Made by a program: the position numbers and the translations under genes. Below, in pieces: positions 21,044 to 30,838 of a stretch of 40,232 nt of DNA. The DNA is from an uncultured Nitrospiraceae bacterium. GTDB taxonomy: Bacteria > Nitrospirota > Thermodesulfovibrionia > Thermodesulfovibrionales > UBA6898. The notes beneath the pieces were generated by a model. It made no database searches, was not told where the DNA came from, and worked only from the letters and a program-made list of their open reading frames with translations. Numbering within the stretch: position 1 is the first letter of the stretch; each line of letters starts with the position of its first letter. The DNA lies in NCBI GenBank assembly GCA_963811165.1, contig CAWEQH010000002.1, forward strand, positions 1 through 40,232, read 5' to 3'.

Positions 21044-22820
21044 TTAGTAAATGACCCAATCGCTCTTCCTGATAAGTTCAGGTTTCGGTCCTTTCTTGAG
21101 CTGGACGATATAGCATCCCTTGGAGGCATAGCGTTGACCCGGACCGAAGCTCAGGCGCTCATACGGAGCAATCTCCTGGTCCTCCATCATTCCAATGACA
21201 TCCAGAAAGTAGTCACGGTAATATTTCCCCCTCATATCCATGAGCGCCCGGTCCAGGACCTGGATAACGTCGTGTGTCCGCGCTGTAATCTGCTGAATAT
21301 CGTCCTGAGCCGGCTTTCTCGTTACCGTCTCGATGTGGCCTACATACGTCGCTTCATCCTGGCGCAACCTGAAAGGGTAGGTTACGTAAGACTTGCGCAA
21401 TTTGAAAGGGTAGGTTATATACGTGAAGTCACGGTCCTGATCCTTCAATTCCCAAATACTCTTCCCAAGATAGCTCGATGAGACAAAAACCATACGGGGC
21501 CTGTTATGGTCGGTGGCTGCCAGATCGTCGAGCGCCGACAGGGCCTCCGGACCGTCCCAAAGGACGAGCACGGCAGGTTTTTCCTTAGCCAATGCCTTCC
21601 GCAAGGAGGCTGCAGTCAGCGCTTCCCCTGCCTTGAGGGTGACCGACACGGGGGGGCGATGTCCCGTTTCCTGCAATGTGTTTTGAAACCCGGCCGCCAG
21701 CGCCCGGCCTTCACTTGAATCGCGAAAGATCTGGAGTATCACCCCGCCTTTTGCCGGTTCGTCCTCTGCCGTATTGAGATATCTGGCCGCGCTTTCGCCT
21801 TCCTGATAATATCCCTTCGACAGATACCAGGTATACCAGTCATTTTCGGAAATGACCGGTAAATCGGTAAAAGGGAAGAGTTCCGGGATTTTATTTGTCT
21901 CGCAGAAATCGTGTACCGGCTTCCAGTCACCACTTGTAATTCCCCCTATCAGAGCAAATACAGGATTGTTACGATAGTATTCTTCCAGCTGGCTGCGCCA
22001 GGTCTCCCGGGGACCTTTGAGCACCCAGACGGACAGTGACAGATCCCGGTATGCCTGTTCCGGACCGGCGAATTGTCCCTGGGACACCGATGATTCCTGC
22101 ACGGAGCGGCTCATGCCTTCCTCAACCTTTTTGAAATATGCATTGCTGTTCCAATTCACTATGTAGTTCTCCAGGGGACGCAGCATCGCCTTGCGAACTT
22201 CGGGGCCCACATCCTCGGAGATGACCGTCGCCAAGTGCAGCGTCGAAGCCGAGACCCCGGGAGAAAAATGAGATGAAAGCGATTTGAGGTAGAAGATGAG
22301 CACTGCCATGTCCTTATCATCAAGCAGATAACGAGGCATGACCTCGCTCAGGACCCGGCCTGTCGGATCTATGCCGCCCCTGATTACGTCAGCCAATGTT
22401 TCGTCCGTATACGCCGGCCGATATAAAAGCGGCGTGGGAGCTTTTTGAAAATAGCCTGTATAAAATTCTATCTTGTACGGATGAAAGAGCTTATTCCCGG
22501 TTGTAGGGGGCGTGATAACACTGCCCTCGATCGAGCCGAGCCCGCTGCGCAGGTGACAACTGACGCAGCTGAAGGCCGTTCCCGCTACGGGGATTTCCCC
22601 GTTTACCACGGCCTCCATCGGTTCTCCCGAGGGAAGGATCCCGTCGCGATACATCCGTTCCCCAAGGCGTACTGCCTCTTCATTGGTTATCCCGGGAGCA
22701 GGGAGGGGCTTTACGTCATCTGCCCATACAGGCCCGGAGCCAATAAAGCGCGAGCAGGGTAATAAAAAATCGCAGACCGATCAATGCCCCGCGTCCTGTC
22801 TTTGCAATATATGTTTTCAT
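21044..22820 (-). CDS. Monoheme cytochrome c fused to a type I periplasmic-binding-protein-like domain (frameshift in the signal-peptide region)
   Basis: One CxxCH (CVSCH), then RPAYTDETLADVIRGGIDPTGR..MPRY, and a PBP-like region (PVFALIGG, LFPFTDLP). The frame extends upstream as VWADDVKPLPAPG. An ATG at 22820 overlaps the SCO stop but is 1 nt out of frame. Confidence 0.8.
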
Positions 22821-23401
22821 CATTTGGCCATCCTTTCATATTCGGCCAAAAGGTCGGAAGTCCCGATGAGACCGTAGATTCTGAGCCATCGTTTGTCAGC
22901 CGAAGAATACAGCAGGGCCAGCGGCAAGTGGGACATCTTATTCATGGTGTAGGCCTCCAGGACCTTTGTCACTCTTTCGATATCTCTCTTGGAACCTGTC
23001 AGGAATTCCCACCCTGGTTTTGCACCATAACGTTTAAGGTACTCGGTCAGCCTTTTCGGGGTATCATTTTCAGGATCAATCGAGATGGAAACGAGCAACA
23101 CATCCTTCGGATCCTGGCCGACCCTCTTTTGGAAATTTGCAAAGCCGGCTGAAAGCACCGGACAGATCGTGGTGCAGGTGGTAAAAATAAAATCCACCAA
23201 CACTACTTTCTTCGAGTTCAGCAGCTCAATGAGCTTCACCTTTTTTCCATGTTGATTCAGCAGCGTCACGTCCGGAACGACATAGTCTTTGAACGTCCTC
23301 GTGTACTTTTCCTGTGTCCCGGCGCTGACTATCTCTGCGGGAAGTAATAGCGTAAGCGCGGCCAACAAAACCGGGAAATACCATATCTTGAGTTTTGGCA
23401 T
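22820..23401 (-). CDS. SCO1/SenC-family copper chaperone
   Basis: 193 aa with signal peptide, FIFTTCTTICP (CxxxC), SISIDPENDTP, WEFLTG and the conserved His (MSH). Confidence 0.92.
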   Translation of the reverse strand: MPKLKIWYFPVLLAALTLLLPAEIVSAGTQEKYTRTFKDYVVPDVTLLNQHGKKVKLIELLNSKKVVLVDFIFTTCTTICPVLSAGFANFQKRVGQDPKDVLLVSISIDPENDTPKRLTEYLKRYGAKPGWEFLTGSKRDIERVTKVLEAYTMNKMSHLPLALLYSSADKRWLRIYGLIGTSDLLAEYERMAK

Positions 23402-23525
23402 TGCAAAACCTCCATTATATTTTTACACTGACTTTTTTACTCTATCATAAAAAATCACGGGGGGCTAGCAGACGAAAAGGTGCAGCCTCATCTTATCCCT
23501 GCAACCAATTCCCTTTTTGTCGCCC

Positions 23526-23554
23526 TTGTCTTGAAGTGTTACGTCTGATATGAT
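23526..23554 (+). promoter_or_regulatory. Putative sigma70 promoter of the TPR gene
   Basis: TTGTCT - 17 bp - TATGAT, with an extended -10 TG. Confidence 0.4.
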
Positions 23555-23571
23555 GGCTGTATTACATCCTC

Positions 23572-24561
23572 ATGAAAAGGAGTCTTATGAAATCAAGATT
23601 CGCAGTTTTCATGGTCTTGCTCTTTCTCTCACTGTCTTCTCTGAGCTATGGGACTGATTGGTGTCAGGAATATTTGAATAAAGGAGAATATGACAAAGCG
23701 ATTGATGCATGCACAGCCATGATTCAATCGCCGGCCCCTCAGACATATCGTAGCTTCTACAATCGCGGGTTTGCCTATTCCAAGAAGGAACAATACGACA
23801 AGGCCATTGCGGATTACACCACGGCAATTGAGCTGGCCCCCCGAAACGGGGGCATTTACGAGGCACGGGCATCCGCCTACGAGGGCACGAAGCAGTACGA
23901 TAAAGCCATTGGGGATTGGAGTAAAGCCGTTTCAATCGCTCCCTCAGAATATAATTACCTCCATCGCGCAGGTCTCTATCGCAACAGTGGGCGATATCGT
24001 GAGGCCATAGCGGATTACGGCAAGGTCATACAGTTGGACCCCGAAAAGGCCGCAGGCTATTGGTTTCGCTCAGTTGCCTATTACGAAGAGGGATCGTTCG
24101 GGGACAGCGTCCGGGACAACAGGAAATTGATAGAAATAATGCCGAAGACAATCCATGATGTGAAATTGGATCTTCTCTATGTGCGTCTTTTAAATTCCGC
24201 AGGGAAGCTTTCTCAAGGCGAATACGACAAAGTCCTCGCAGAACTCCGGAGCTATGTGGCCTCTCACGACGTTTCATCCGACGACGAAAAGTGGTGGCGG
24301 GCCATTTCAAAGTATTACCTGGGGATGGGTGACGTGACGGATATCCGATTGCTTGAGGAAGCGCGCAATGGCAGGACTGAAGAAGCGGTGCAACACAGGC
24401 TTTGTGATGCATATTATTCGATCGGCGAAAAAAAACTTATGGAAGGGGACAGAAAAGGGGCAGAAGGGTCCTTTAATAAAAGCATAGAAACGGGCGTAAA
24501 TTCATATTCATCAAGATATGCAAAGGCGATGCTGATGCTGATGCATGAGGGAAAGCTGTAG
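23572..24561 (+). CDS. Exported tetratricopeptide-repeat protein (NlpI-like architecture)
   Basis: 329 aa with signal peptide and TPR units such as FYNRGFAYSKKEQYDKAIADYTTAIELAP and YLHRAGLYRNSGRYREAIADYGKVIQLDP. Confidence 0.85.
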   Translation: MKRSLMKSRFAVFMVLLFLSLSSLSYGTDWCQEYLNKGEYDKAIDACTAMIQSPAPQTYRSFYNRGFAYSKKEQYDKAIADYTTAIELAPRNGGIYEARASAYEGTKQYDKAIGDWSKAVSIAPSEYNYLHRAGLYRNSGRYREAIADYGKVIQLDPEKAAGYWFRSVAYYEEGSFGDSVRDNRKLIEIMPKTIHDVKLDLLYVRLLNSAGKLSQGEYDKVLAELRSYVASHDVSSDDEKWWRAISKYYLGMGDVTDIRLLEEARNGRTEEAVQHRLCDAYYSIGEKKLMEGDRKGAEGSFNKSIETGVNSYSSRYAKAMLMLMHEGKL

Positions 24562-24744
24562 TTCCGTTCCCGTGTATCTTTGCTTTTGTCCTTACGGAAA
24601 CGTGACCGGTCGGTCCAAACGCAGACGAAAAAGTCTGTCCCCCTTTTCCCGCAGACAGGTTGAACTAAAGCGCCTGCCTCCACGGCCGAGGGGGGAACCC
24701 CATCCCGTCTATGCGCTACGCCAAGAATACGTCGCAGAAGGTGT

Positions 24745-25603
24745 CTACTCGAAGGGGGCGGTGGTTACGTCAAGTTTTATTGCCTTATCGATAGCCTTTG
24801 CCGCCTCTTCATTTCGGCCCAGAGCTCGAAGGCTTACGCCTTTATAATACCAGGCATACACTTCCTCTTCATGGCCCAGGCCGAGGCTTATCGCCTTATC
24901 GTACGCCTTCACCGCTTCTTCATGCCGTCCCAGAGTTCGAAGACTTGAGCCTTTCAAATACCACGCGTGAGGAGTTAACTCCTTCCTCAGGCCGAGGCTT
25001 ATCGCCTTATCGAGGGCCTTTGCCGCCTCTTCATTTCGTCCTAATGCTTGGAGGCTTAAGCCGTTTGAGTACCATGCATATGCCTCGTCTTCCTTCTTAA
25101 GGCCGAGGCTTATCGCCTTATCGAAAGCCTTTGCCGCCTCTTCATGTCGTCCTAATGCTTGAAGGTTTAACCCGGTTGAATACCACGCATATGCCTCGTC
25201 CCTTTTCTGCAAACCGAGGTTTATTGCCTTATCGAAGGCCTTTAACGCCTCTTCACGTCTGCCCAAACTTCCAAGGCTTGCCCCCTTCTCATACCAGGCA
25301 TATGCCTCTAAATCTTTCCGTAGGGGCCAGCAGGCTTATCGCCTTATCGAATGCCGCTATCGCTTCTTCGTATTTGCCGGCCTGGCTTAACCCTACTGCC
25401 TTGTTATTCCAGTCCGTTGCATTGTCCTCTGCAAAAGCCGGCGCGGCTGCTGAACCGGATACTATGAAACAAGACAGCAAAAATGCCATTGCAGTAAAAT
25501 AGTAAGTGCTTTTTCTCGCTGCCGCGTTCCTCGGTTCTTTCACCGGACGGCCAACTTCGTGAGAATTGAGTATAATCATTATCGTCCTCCCTAAAAGGTC
25601 CAT
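24745..25603 (-). CDS. Exported TPR protein with 37-aa repeats (one +1 frameshift at ~25325; start uncertain)
   Basis: A hydrophobic signal segment ending AFA-ED, then WNNKAVGLSQAGKYEEAIAAFDKAIS. After the shift come LRKDLEAYAWYEKG and repeats of AWYxxGxxLxxLGRxEEAxKAxDKAISLGL. Confidence 0.82.
24770..25350 (-). repeat. 111-bp coding tandem repeats (about 5 units)
   Basis: The motif ccgagg(c/t)ttat(c/t)gccttatcg recurs at 24881, 24992, 25103 and 25214, an exact 111-bp period. A fifth copy lies near 25329. Confidence 0.9.
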
Positions 25604-25652
25604 TATTTCTATAGATTATATAAAAACGTGATACGAAATCAGCAGAAATACC

Positions 25653-26387
25653 TCAACCGCCGTATCTCTTTATCGTTCCCGCAACATCGGCGCCGGACTC
25701 ATGAATCTGGCCGTGGTCCAGCCAGACGACTTTGTTGCAGAGGTCTTCTATGTCGGTCAAATTGTGAGAAACGAGAAGCATCGTTGTCCCCTTTTCTTTG
25801 AACGCACGAATTCTTTCGTTGCACTTTCTTTTGAAATGTGCATCGCCCACGGCGAGGATTTCATCGATGATGAGTATCGCCGGATCGACTTCGGTCGCGA
25901 TCGAAAACCCGAGTCTGGCTATCATCCCGGAAGAATATGTTTTAAGGGGGCTGTAAATAAAACCGCTGAGCTCGGAAAAATCCACTATCGCCTCGAACTT
26001 GTTGTCGATCTCCTTTTTTGAAAGTCCGAGGATCGAGGCATTGAGGTATATGTTTTCTGAGCCGGTCAGCTCCATGTCAAAACCCGCGCCGAGCTCTATA
26101 AGAGGTGCGATTTTGCCGCTTACAAAAACGCTTCCCGCTGTGGGCTTCATCACCCCGGCGACTACCTTTAAGAGCGTGCTTTTCCCTGCACCGTTAGCAC
26201 CGATAATGCCGAGGGTCTCCCCTTTGCCGACCTCGAAGCCTACATGCCTCAAGGCCCAGAAATCCTCATAATTGGTCTTCCTGCCTTTTAGTTTCTGTAT
26301 GAGAAATTCCTGGAGCGTCTTCGGTTTTTCCCTGGAAAGACGGTAGCGGACCGCAACGTCCGCAATCTTTATTGAGAGATCACTCAT
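25653..26387 (-). CDS. wzt: ABC transporter ATP-binding subunit for polysaccharide export (no C-terminal carbohydrate-binding domain)
   Basis: GANGAGKST (Walker A), YSSGMIARLGFS signature, IIDEILAVGDAHF and LVSH. Likely start MSDLSIK at 26387. Confidence 0.92.
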   Translation of the reverse strand: MSDLSIKIADVAVRYRLSREKPKTLQEFLIQKLKGRKTNYEDFWALRHVGFEVGKGETLGIIGANGAGKSTLLKVVAGVMKPTAGSVFVSGKIAPLIELGAGFDMELTGSENIYLNASILGLSKKEIDNKFEAIVDFSELSGFIYSPLKTYSSGMIARLGFSIATEVDPAILIIDEILAVGDAHFKRKCNERIRAFKEKGTTMLLVSHNLTDIEDLCNKVVWLDHGQIHESGADVAGTIKRYGG

Positions 26388-26419
26388 CCCCGTGCCCCCA
26401 AATATTTCTCCGCCCGCGA

Positions 26420-27207
26420 TCACAGATGATAAACCACCCTATCTTTATATCTGTCGTAAAAAATCCAGCCTGTGGACAATGCTCCCAGGGCGAACAATGA
26501 CGCGAACAACAGTTTTTCATAAAAAAAAGGGACGTCCATGTATAAGACACCCCTGAAGACGCTTATAAAATAGTACATGGGGTTCAACTCAAAGATTATC
26601 CTGAATCGTTCAGGGACTATCGACTCGGGGAAAAACACAGGGGTCATATACATCATGGCGAGCAGAACGACTTCATAAATGTATTTCGTGTCATGAAAAA
26701 AAACGGTCAGCGTCGAGAGGATGAGTGAAACCCCGTAACAAAATATCCCTACAAGGACGATTACCAATGGAAGCATGATAATACGGCCGCCGACAGAGGT
26801 GCCCGTCAGATAAAAGATTAAAAAAAGAGGGACGAGGGAGAAGACGAAATTGACAACTGCCGACATCACGACAGACAGTGGGAAGATGGCCTTCGGAAGA
26901 TAGATCTTCTTGATGAGATTGCTGTTAGTCAGCAGGCTTACGAGCGCCGATGACGTGCTCTGCGAGAAGAAGTTCCATAGAATGATCCCGGAAAGGAGAT
27001 AGGATGTGTAGTTTTTGGTCGCCACCCGAAAGAGTTCGGAAAAGACCATATTGAGTATCAGCATCATAAACAGAGGGTTAAGCATGACCCAGAGAAATCC
27101 GAGAACAGACCTCTTATAGCGCACTTTAATGTCCCGCATGACGAGGTTCCTCAGGAAGTTCCTTGTATCTGAGGATGTCAAATATTTCGCTTTTATATGG
27201 TCACCAT
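26420..27207 (-). CDS. wzm: ABC-2 permease for polysaccharide export (N-terminus frameshifted)
   Basis: LVMRDIKVRYKRSVLGFLWVMLNPL, IKKIYLP, YMTPVFFP and NPM, with about 6 hydrophobic segments. An alternative frame upstream reads EIFDILRYKE. ATG at 27207 follows a TATAAT box. Confidence 0.9.
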
Positions 27208-27307
27208 GCCTTGCCTCGGTTTGATATTATACAGCATCCGCCCCGTCTTGTTCGCCTATGTCACGTGAATCTGTGAAAGCCCTCCCCGGGCTGTGCTAAA
27301 ATCTTAC

Positions 27308-28465
27308 ATGGCCCAAGAGTCCAAAATGGTTTTATTTTTCGCTGAAGAAGGCCCTGAACCATTGAAGATAGGTATTAATGCAACATTCCTGAGCGAAAAA
27401 CCGACCGGCTTAGGGGTTTTTACACAAGAGATATCCCGCCATATCTCTGCGCTTAACAGGGACTTCGTCGTATTTTCACCGGTCGCCCTGGAAGGAGTTT
27501 CGGAAGTTTTTATCCATAAAGTCCCGCCTTCGGTCAGGGGTTCTCTGAGGTTTCGCGATAACCTGCTGCGGTTTGTGTATCTAAACGGTCTCTTCCCCAT
27601 GCTTTGCCGGAAGAGCAAAGTTGATGTCCTGTTTTGCCCGATGATAGAGTTTCCCTTTGTACCACTTGTCCCGCTTGTTGTGCAAGTCCATGACCTGCAC
27701 CCGATACAATTTGCCGCGCAGTTCAAGCGCGCTGCAGTTCACTTCAGATTATCACTGAAAAGGTTGGAGAAAGTCGCCGGAAGGGTGACCGTCTCGTCCG
27801 AGTTTGTAAAAAAAGTTCTCCTTTCGGCAACAAACTTGGGAGAAGACATGATCGACGTAGTCCCGCTTGCCTATAACCGGGAGAGGTTTTATCCAAGAGG
27901 CCAGGAGGGAAGAGCCGGGTTCCTGGCAAAATATTCCCTCAATGGCCCTTACATCCTTGCGGTGGGAAATCTCTTTCCTTATAAAAATATTGGCAGCCTT
28001 GTTGAGGCATTTCTCAGGATTAAAGGTAAGGTGGCTCATTCATTGGTCGTTGTCGGCAGAAAGGAATTTGCGGCATCGCAATTGGCCGATGACGAACGGG
28101 TACTGTATACCGATTATGTCCCGGACGAAGACCTCCAGAAATTTCACTCCTACGCCGATCTTCTCGTACACCCCTCCCTGAGCGAAGGCTTCGGACTTAC
28201 TCCTCTTGAAGCGATGGCCTGCGGTACGCCGGTCATATGCTCTGACCGCGCATCATTACCGGAAGTAGTCGGAGACGCAGGGCTGCTTTTTGATCCTGAC
28301 GACAAGGCCGCCCTGGGGGAATTGATTCTGAAGGTGCTCGGCAATGAAGGACTGAGAAGAGAACTCTCGGCAAAAGGGCTGAAAAGGGCGCAACTATTTT
28401 CCTGGGAGAAGACCGCCTCGGGCATCCTTGATTCGTGCAGGAAGGCGCTAAAAGAGAACCGGTGA
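27308..28465 (+). CDS. GT4 (group 1) glycosyltransferase
   Basis: VHDLHP, ILAVGNLFPYKN, PSLSEGFGLTPLEAMACGTPVI (EX7E) and FSWEKTA. Start uncertain. Confidence 0.92.
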   Translation: MAQESKMVLFFAEEGPEPLKIGINATFLSEKPTGLGVFTQEISRHISALNRDFVVFSPVALEGVSEVFIHKVPPSVRGSLRFRDNLLRFVYLNGLFPMLCRKSKVDVLFCPMIEFPFVPLVPLVVQVHDLHPIQFAAQFKRAAVHFRLSLKRLEKVAGRVTVSSEFVKKVLLSATNLGEDMIDVVPLAYNRERFYPRGQEGRAGFLAKYSLNGPYILAVGNLFPYKNIGSLVEAFLRIKGKVAHSLVVVGRKEFAASQLADDERVLYTDYVPDEDLQKFHSYADLLVHPSLSEGFGLTPLEAMACGTPVICSDRASLPEVVGDAGLLFDPDDKAALGELILKVLGNEGLRRELSAKGLKRAQLFSWEKTASGILDSCRKALKENR

Positions 28466-29577
28466 AGATACTCCATCTGCTTTACGAAAGCAAGGGCGAT
28501 TATTTCGGGATCGGCGGTGTCGGAACGCGCGCATACGAGATTTACGGCCGCCTCAAAGGCAGGCACGAAATTACGCTTTTGTGCAAAAAATATCCTGGCG
28601 CACGCGACAAAGAGATAGAAGGATTGGCACATATCTTTGCGGGTACCGAAAGCAGGAGTCTCACCAGGACGCTGTTGTCCTACGCATACAGGGCGGCCCG
28701 CTTTGTCTCGGAGAAGGGGAAAGAATATGATCTCATAATTGAGGAATTCTCCCCGGCCGTGCCGACCTTTCTCCATGCCGTTACGAAAAGGCCGGTTGTG
28801 CTGCAGGTCCAGGGATATACGGGGTCCCTTTATTTCAGGAAGTACAACCCCCTCTATTCTTCGGTCCTTTTTCTTTTGGAGCACCTGCGGCCGTTGCTCT
28901 ATTGCAACTTTATATTTATAAATGATGAGACCGCGGGCAGGCTCTTTCTCGATAACAAAAAGCATAAGACGGTCATCCCAAACGGCGTGGCCCCCGAACT
29001 CTTCGGCCTCCCGTTTCGGCGAGGGGATTACATACTTTACCTGGGCCGTATCGACATGTACGGCAAGGGGCTCGACCTGCTTTTGGCTGCGTATACTGAA
29101 TTTTGCAGGTCTTTCGGCAACATCAAACTGGTCGTGGCCGGGGACGGCAGGGACATGGAAAGGTTAAGGTCCGCGGTGACGGCACTGCCGGAGGGCGTAA
29201 GGGGGAACATCGAACTTCCCGGTTGGGTCTCGGGAGTAAAGAAAAGCGAAATTATCGGTGATGCCTCTTTTGTCGTCTTTCCTTCCAGGCATGAGGTCCA
29301 GCCCATATCGGTCCTTGAGGCTATGGCCTGCGGGAAGTCTGTTTTAGTGAGCGATATCCCCGCATGCTCTTTTGTCACGCAAAACGGGGCAGGGGTCTCC
29401 TTCAAGTCAGGGGACCCGGCCTCGCTGGCCCTCTCTATGAAAGGTCTCGCCGAAAGCTCCGCACGTGAAGAAATGGGGATCAAGGGAAGGGAATGGGTCA
29501 AAAATTTCACATGGGACAGGATCGCCGCTCAATATGAGAAGTTCCTTGTCGAGACAGTCGAATCTTACTCGGAGTAA
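28462..29577 (+). CDS. GT4 glycosyltransferase
   Basis: GTG start overlaps the upstream TGA. Motifs IPNGV, YLGRIDMYGKGLDLL, PSRHEVQPISVLEAMACG and FTWDRIA. Confidence 0.9.
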   Translation: MKILHLLYESKGDYFGIGGVGTRAYEIYGRLKGRHEITLLCKKYPGARDKEIEGLAHIFAGTESRSLTRTLLSYAYRAARFVSEKGKEYDLIIEEFSPAVPTFLHAVTKRPVVLQVQGYTGSLYFRKYNPLYSSVLFLLEHLRPLLYCNFIFINDETAGRLFLDNKKHKTVIPNGVAPELFGLPFRRGDYILYLGRIDMYGKGLDLLLAAYTEFCRSFGNIKLVVAGDGRDMERLRSAVTALPEGVRGNIELPGWVSGVKKSEIIGDASFVVFPSRHEVQPISVLEAMACGKSVLVSDIPACSFVTQNGAGVSFKSGDPASLALSMKGLAESSAREEMGIKGREWVKNFTWDRIAAQYEKFLVETVESYSE

Positions 29578-30794
29578 ATGACCGCCTTGATCTTCTCCTT
29601 GTCTTTTATCTTTGCGGCCAATTTTGCCGACTCTTTTCTGTCTGAGGTATTTCCGATCAGCACACGGTAGAAAGTCCCTTTGTCTTTGCCGGAGCCCCTG
29701 ACCACAAAGGCATCGTATCCTTTCCCCTTAAATTTATTCGTAAGCGCAACAGCATTGTCTTCGCTTTTAAACACGCCCAGTTGGACGGAATAAACTGCCT
29801 TCCCTGAAGGTTTCGCTTTAGCCGAAGGCGTGGGCGCCGCTGCGGCAGGGAGAGGCGGTCCTTTTTTCACAGGCATTATGGGTGCCGGGGAAGGCGTTGC
29901 AGGGGCTGTTTTCCCGGCAGACGGGGAAGCCGCAGGGGCCGTTTTATTCTCAGCGACTGTCTGCTGTTTCTGCTGCTCATTTACCGGAGCAGGCGACGGA
30001 GTCGGAGACTGAGCGGGCGCCGGAGGTTGGGCCTTCGGCTTCATCGCGGTACTCAATGGCTTTATGGGGACGGCCTTTTTGGCCCCCATTCCCGGTATCA
30101 GCCCGAGGTAAAAGAGGGCGCCTGCAGCGATTCCGACAATTAAAATGGCCGCTCCGGCGATGACCGCAGGGAGGCTGCTCTTCTTTTTTCTGCGCCTTGA
30201 CGCTTCTTTTGAAATGTAGGCATCCGCAGGCTCCGGAACTTTTTTCTCCCCGTACACAATTTCTTTATCAGGCTCTTCGTCAAGCTCCGGTATCCCCGGC
30301 ATCTGAAAAATCTGAGGCTCGATGTCAGGGGCCTGTTTTACAGCCGGGCGCTCAATGGGGAAGGCAGTCTCTTCGCTTTCAAACGCACGTTCTTTTTCCT
30401 TGACGTGCAGTACGATGGGGGCCTTTGTATCGAGGACTTTCGCGGTCTTTTCGAGGAGCTCCGCGGCGGTGAAAGGGACGGTAAGCACATCGGCAACGCC
30501 GAAGGCCGAAGAGACGGCGGTGTCCACTTTGCTCAACGGAGATGTCAATAACACGAGGGGGACCTTCTGCAATGACTCAAAGCCGTGGATCGTCCGGCAT
30601 ATTTCAAGGCCCTTGTCGCCTGCCTCCTCCGGGTTCACGAATATCAGCGACGGACTGACTTTTTGGGCCATTTCAGCCCCGATATCGCCGCCAGGGACGG
30701 CAAACACGAGATACCCTTCAGTTTCGAGTGTCGACGCGATTATCTGCTCAGTCTCGCTGTCAGCGTCAATTACAAGGACAGTTTTGCTTGCCAT
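29565..30794 (-). CDS. Bitopic membrane protein: pseudo-receiver domain - TM helix - Pro/Ala linker - SPOR peptidoglycan-binding domain
   Basis: Likely start MASKTVLVID (30794, GGGGGA RBS). REC-fold pattern, then RRRKKK and TM segment LPAVIAGAAILIVGIAAGALFYLGLI. A Pro-rich linker leads to SPOR motif YSVQLGVFKSEDNA...YRVLIG. Confidence 0.85.
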   Translation of the reverse strand: MASKTVLVIDADSETEQIIASTLETEGYLVFAVPGGDIGAEMAQKVSPSLIFVNPEEAGDKGLEICRTIHGFESLQKVPLVLLTSPLSKVDTAVSSAFGVADVLTVPFTAAELLEKTAKVLDTKAPIVLHVKEKERAFESEETAFPIERPAVKQAPDIEPQIFQMPGIPELDEEPDKEIVYGEKKVPEPADAYISKEASRRRKKKSSLPAVIAGAAILIVGIAAGALFYLGLIPGMGAKKAVPIKPLSTAMKPKAQPPAPAQSPTPSPAPVNEQQKQQTVAENKTAPAASPSAGKTAPATPSPAPIMPVKKGPPLPAAAAPTPSAKAKPSGKAVYSVQLGVFKSEDNAVALTNKFKGKGYDAFVVRGSGKDKGTFYRVLIGNTSDRKESAKLAAKIKDKEKIKAVIYSE

Positions 30795-30838
30795 CGACAA
30801 GTCCCCCGTTAAGAAATTAAAGGCGTGGAGAGAAGACC

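Noticed and set aside
24562..24744. REP-like element or small RNA between the convergent TPR genes
   Set aside because: It occurs once in the window with only weak dyads, so it cannot be supported without a genome-wide search.
24770..25350. CRISPR array
   Set aside because: The period is 111 bp, whole units are similar and in frame as TPR repeats, there are no unique spacers, and no cas genes are present.
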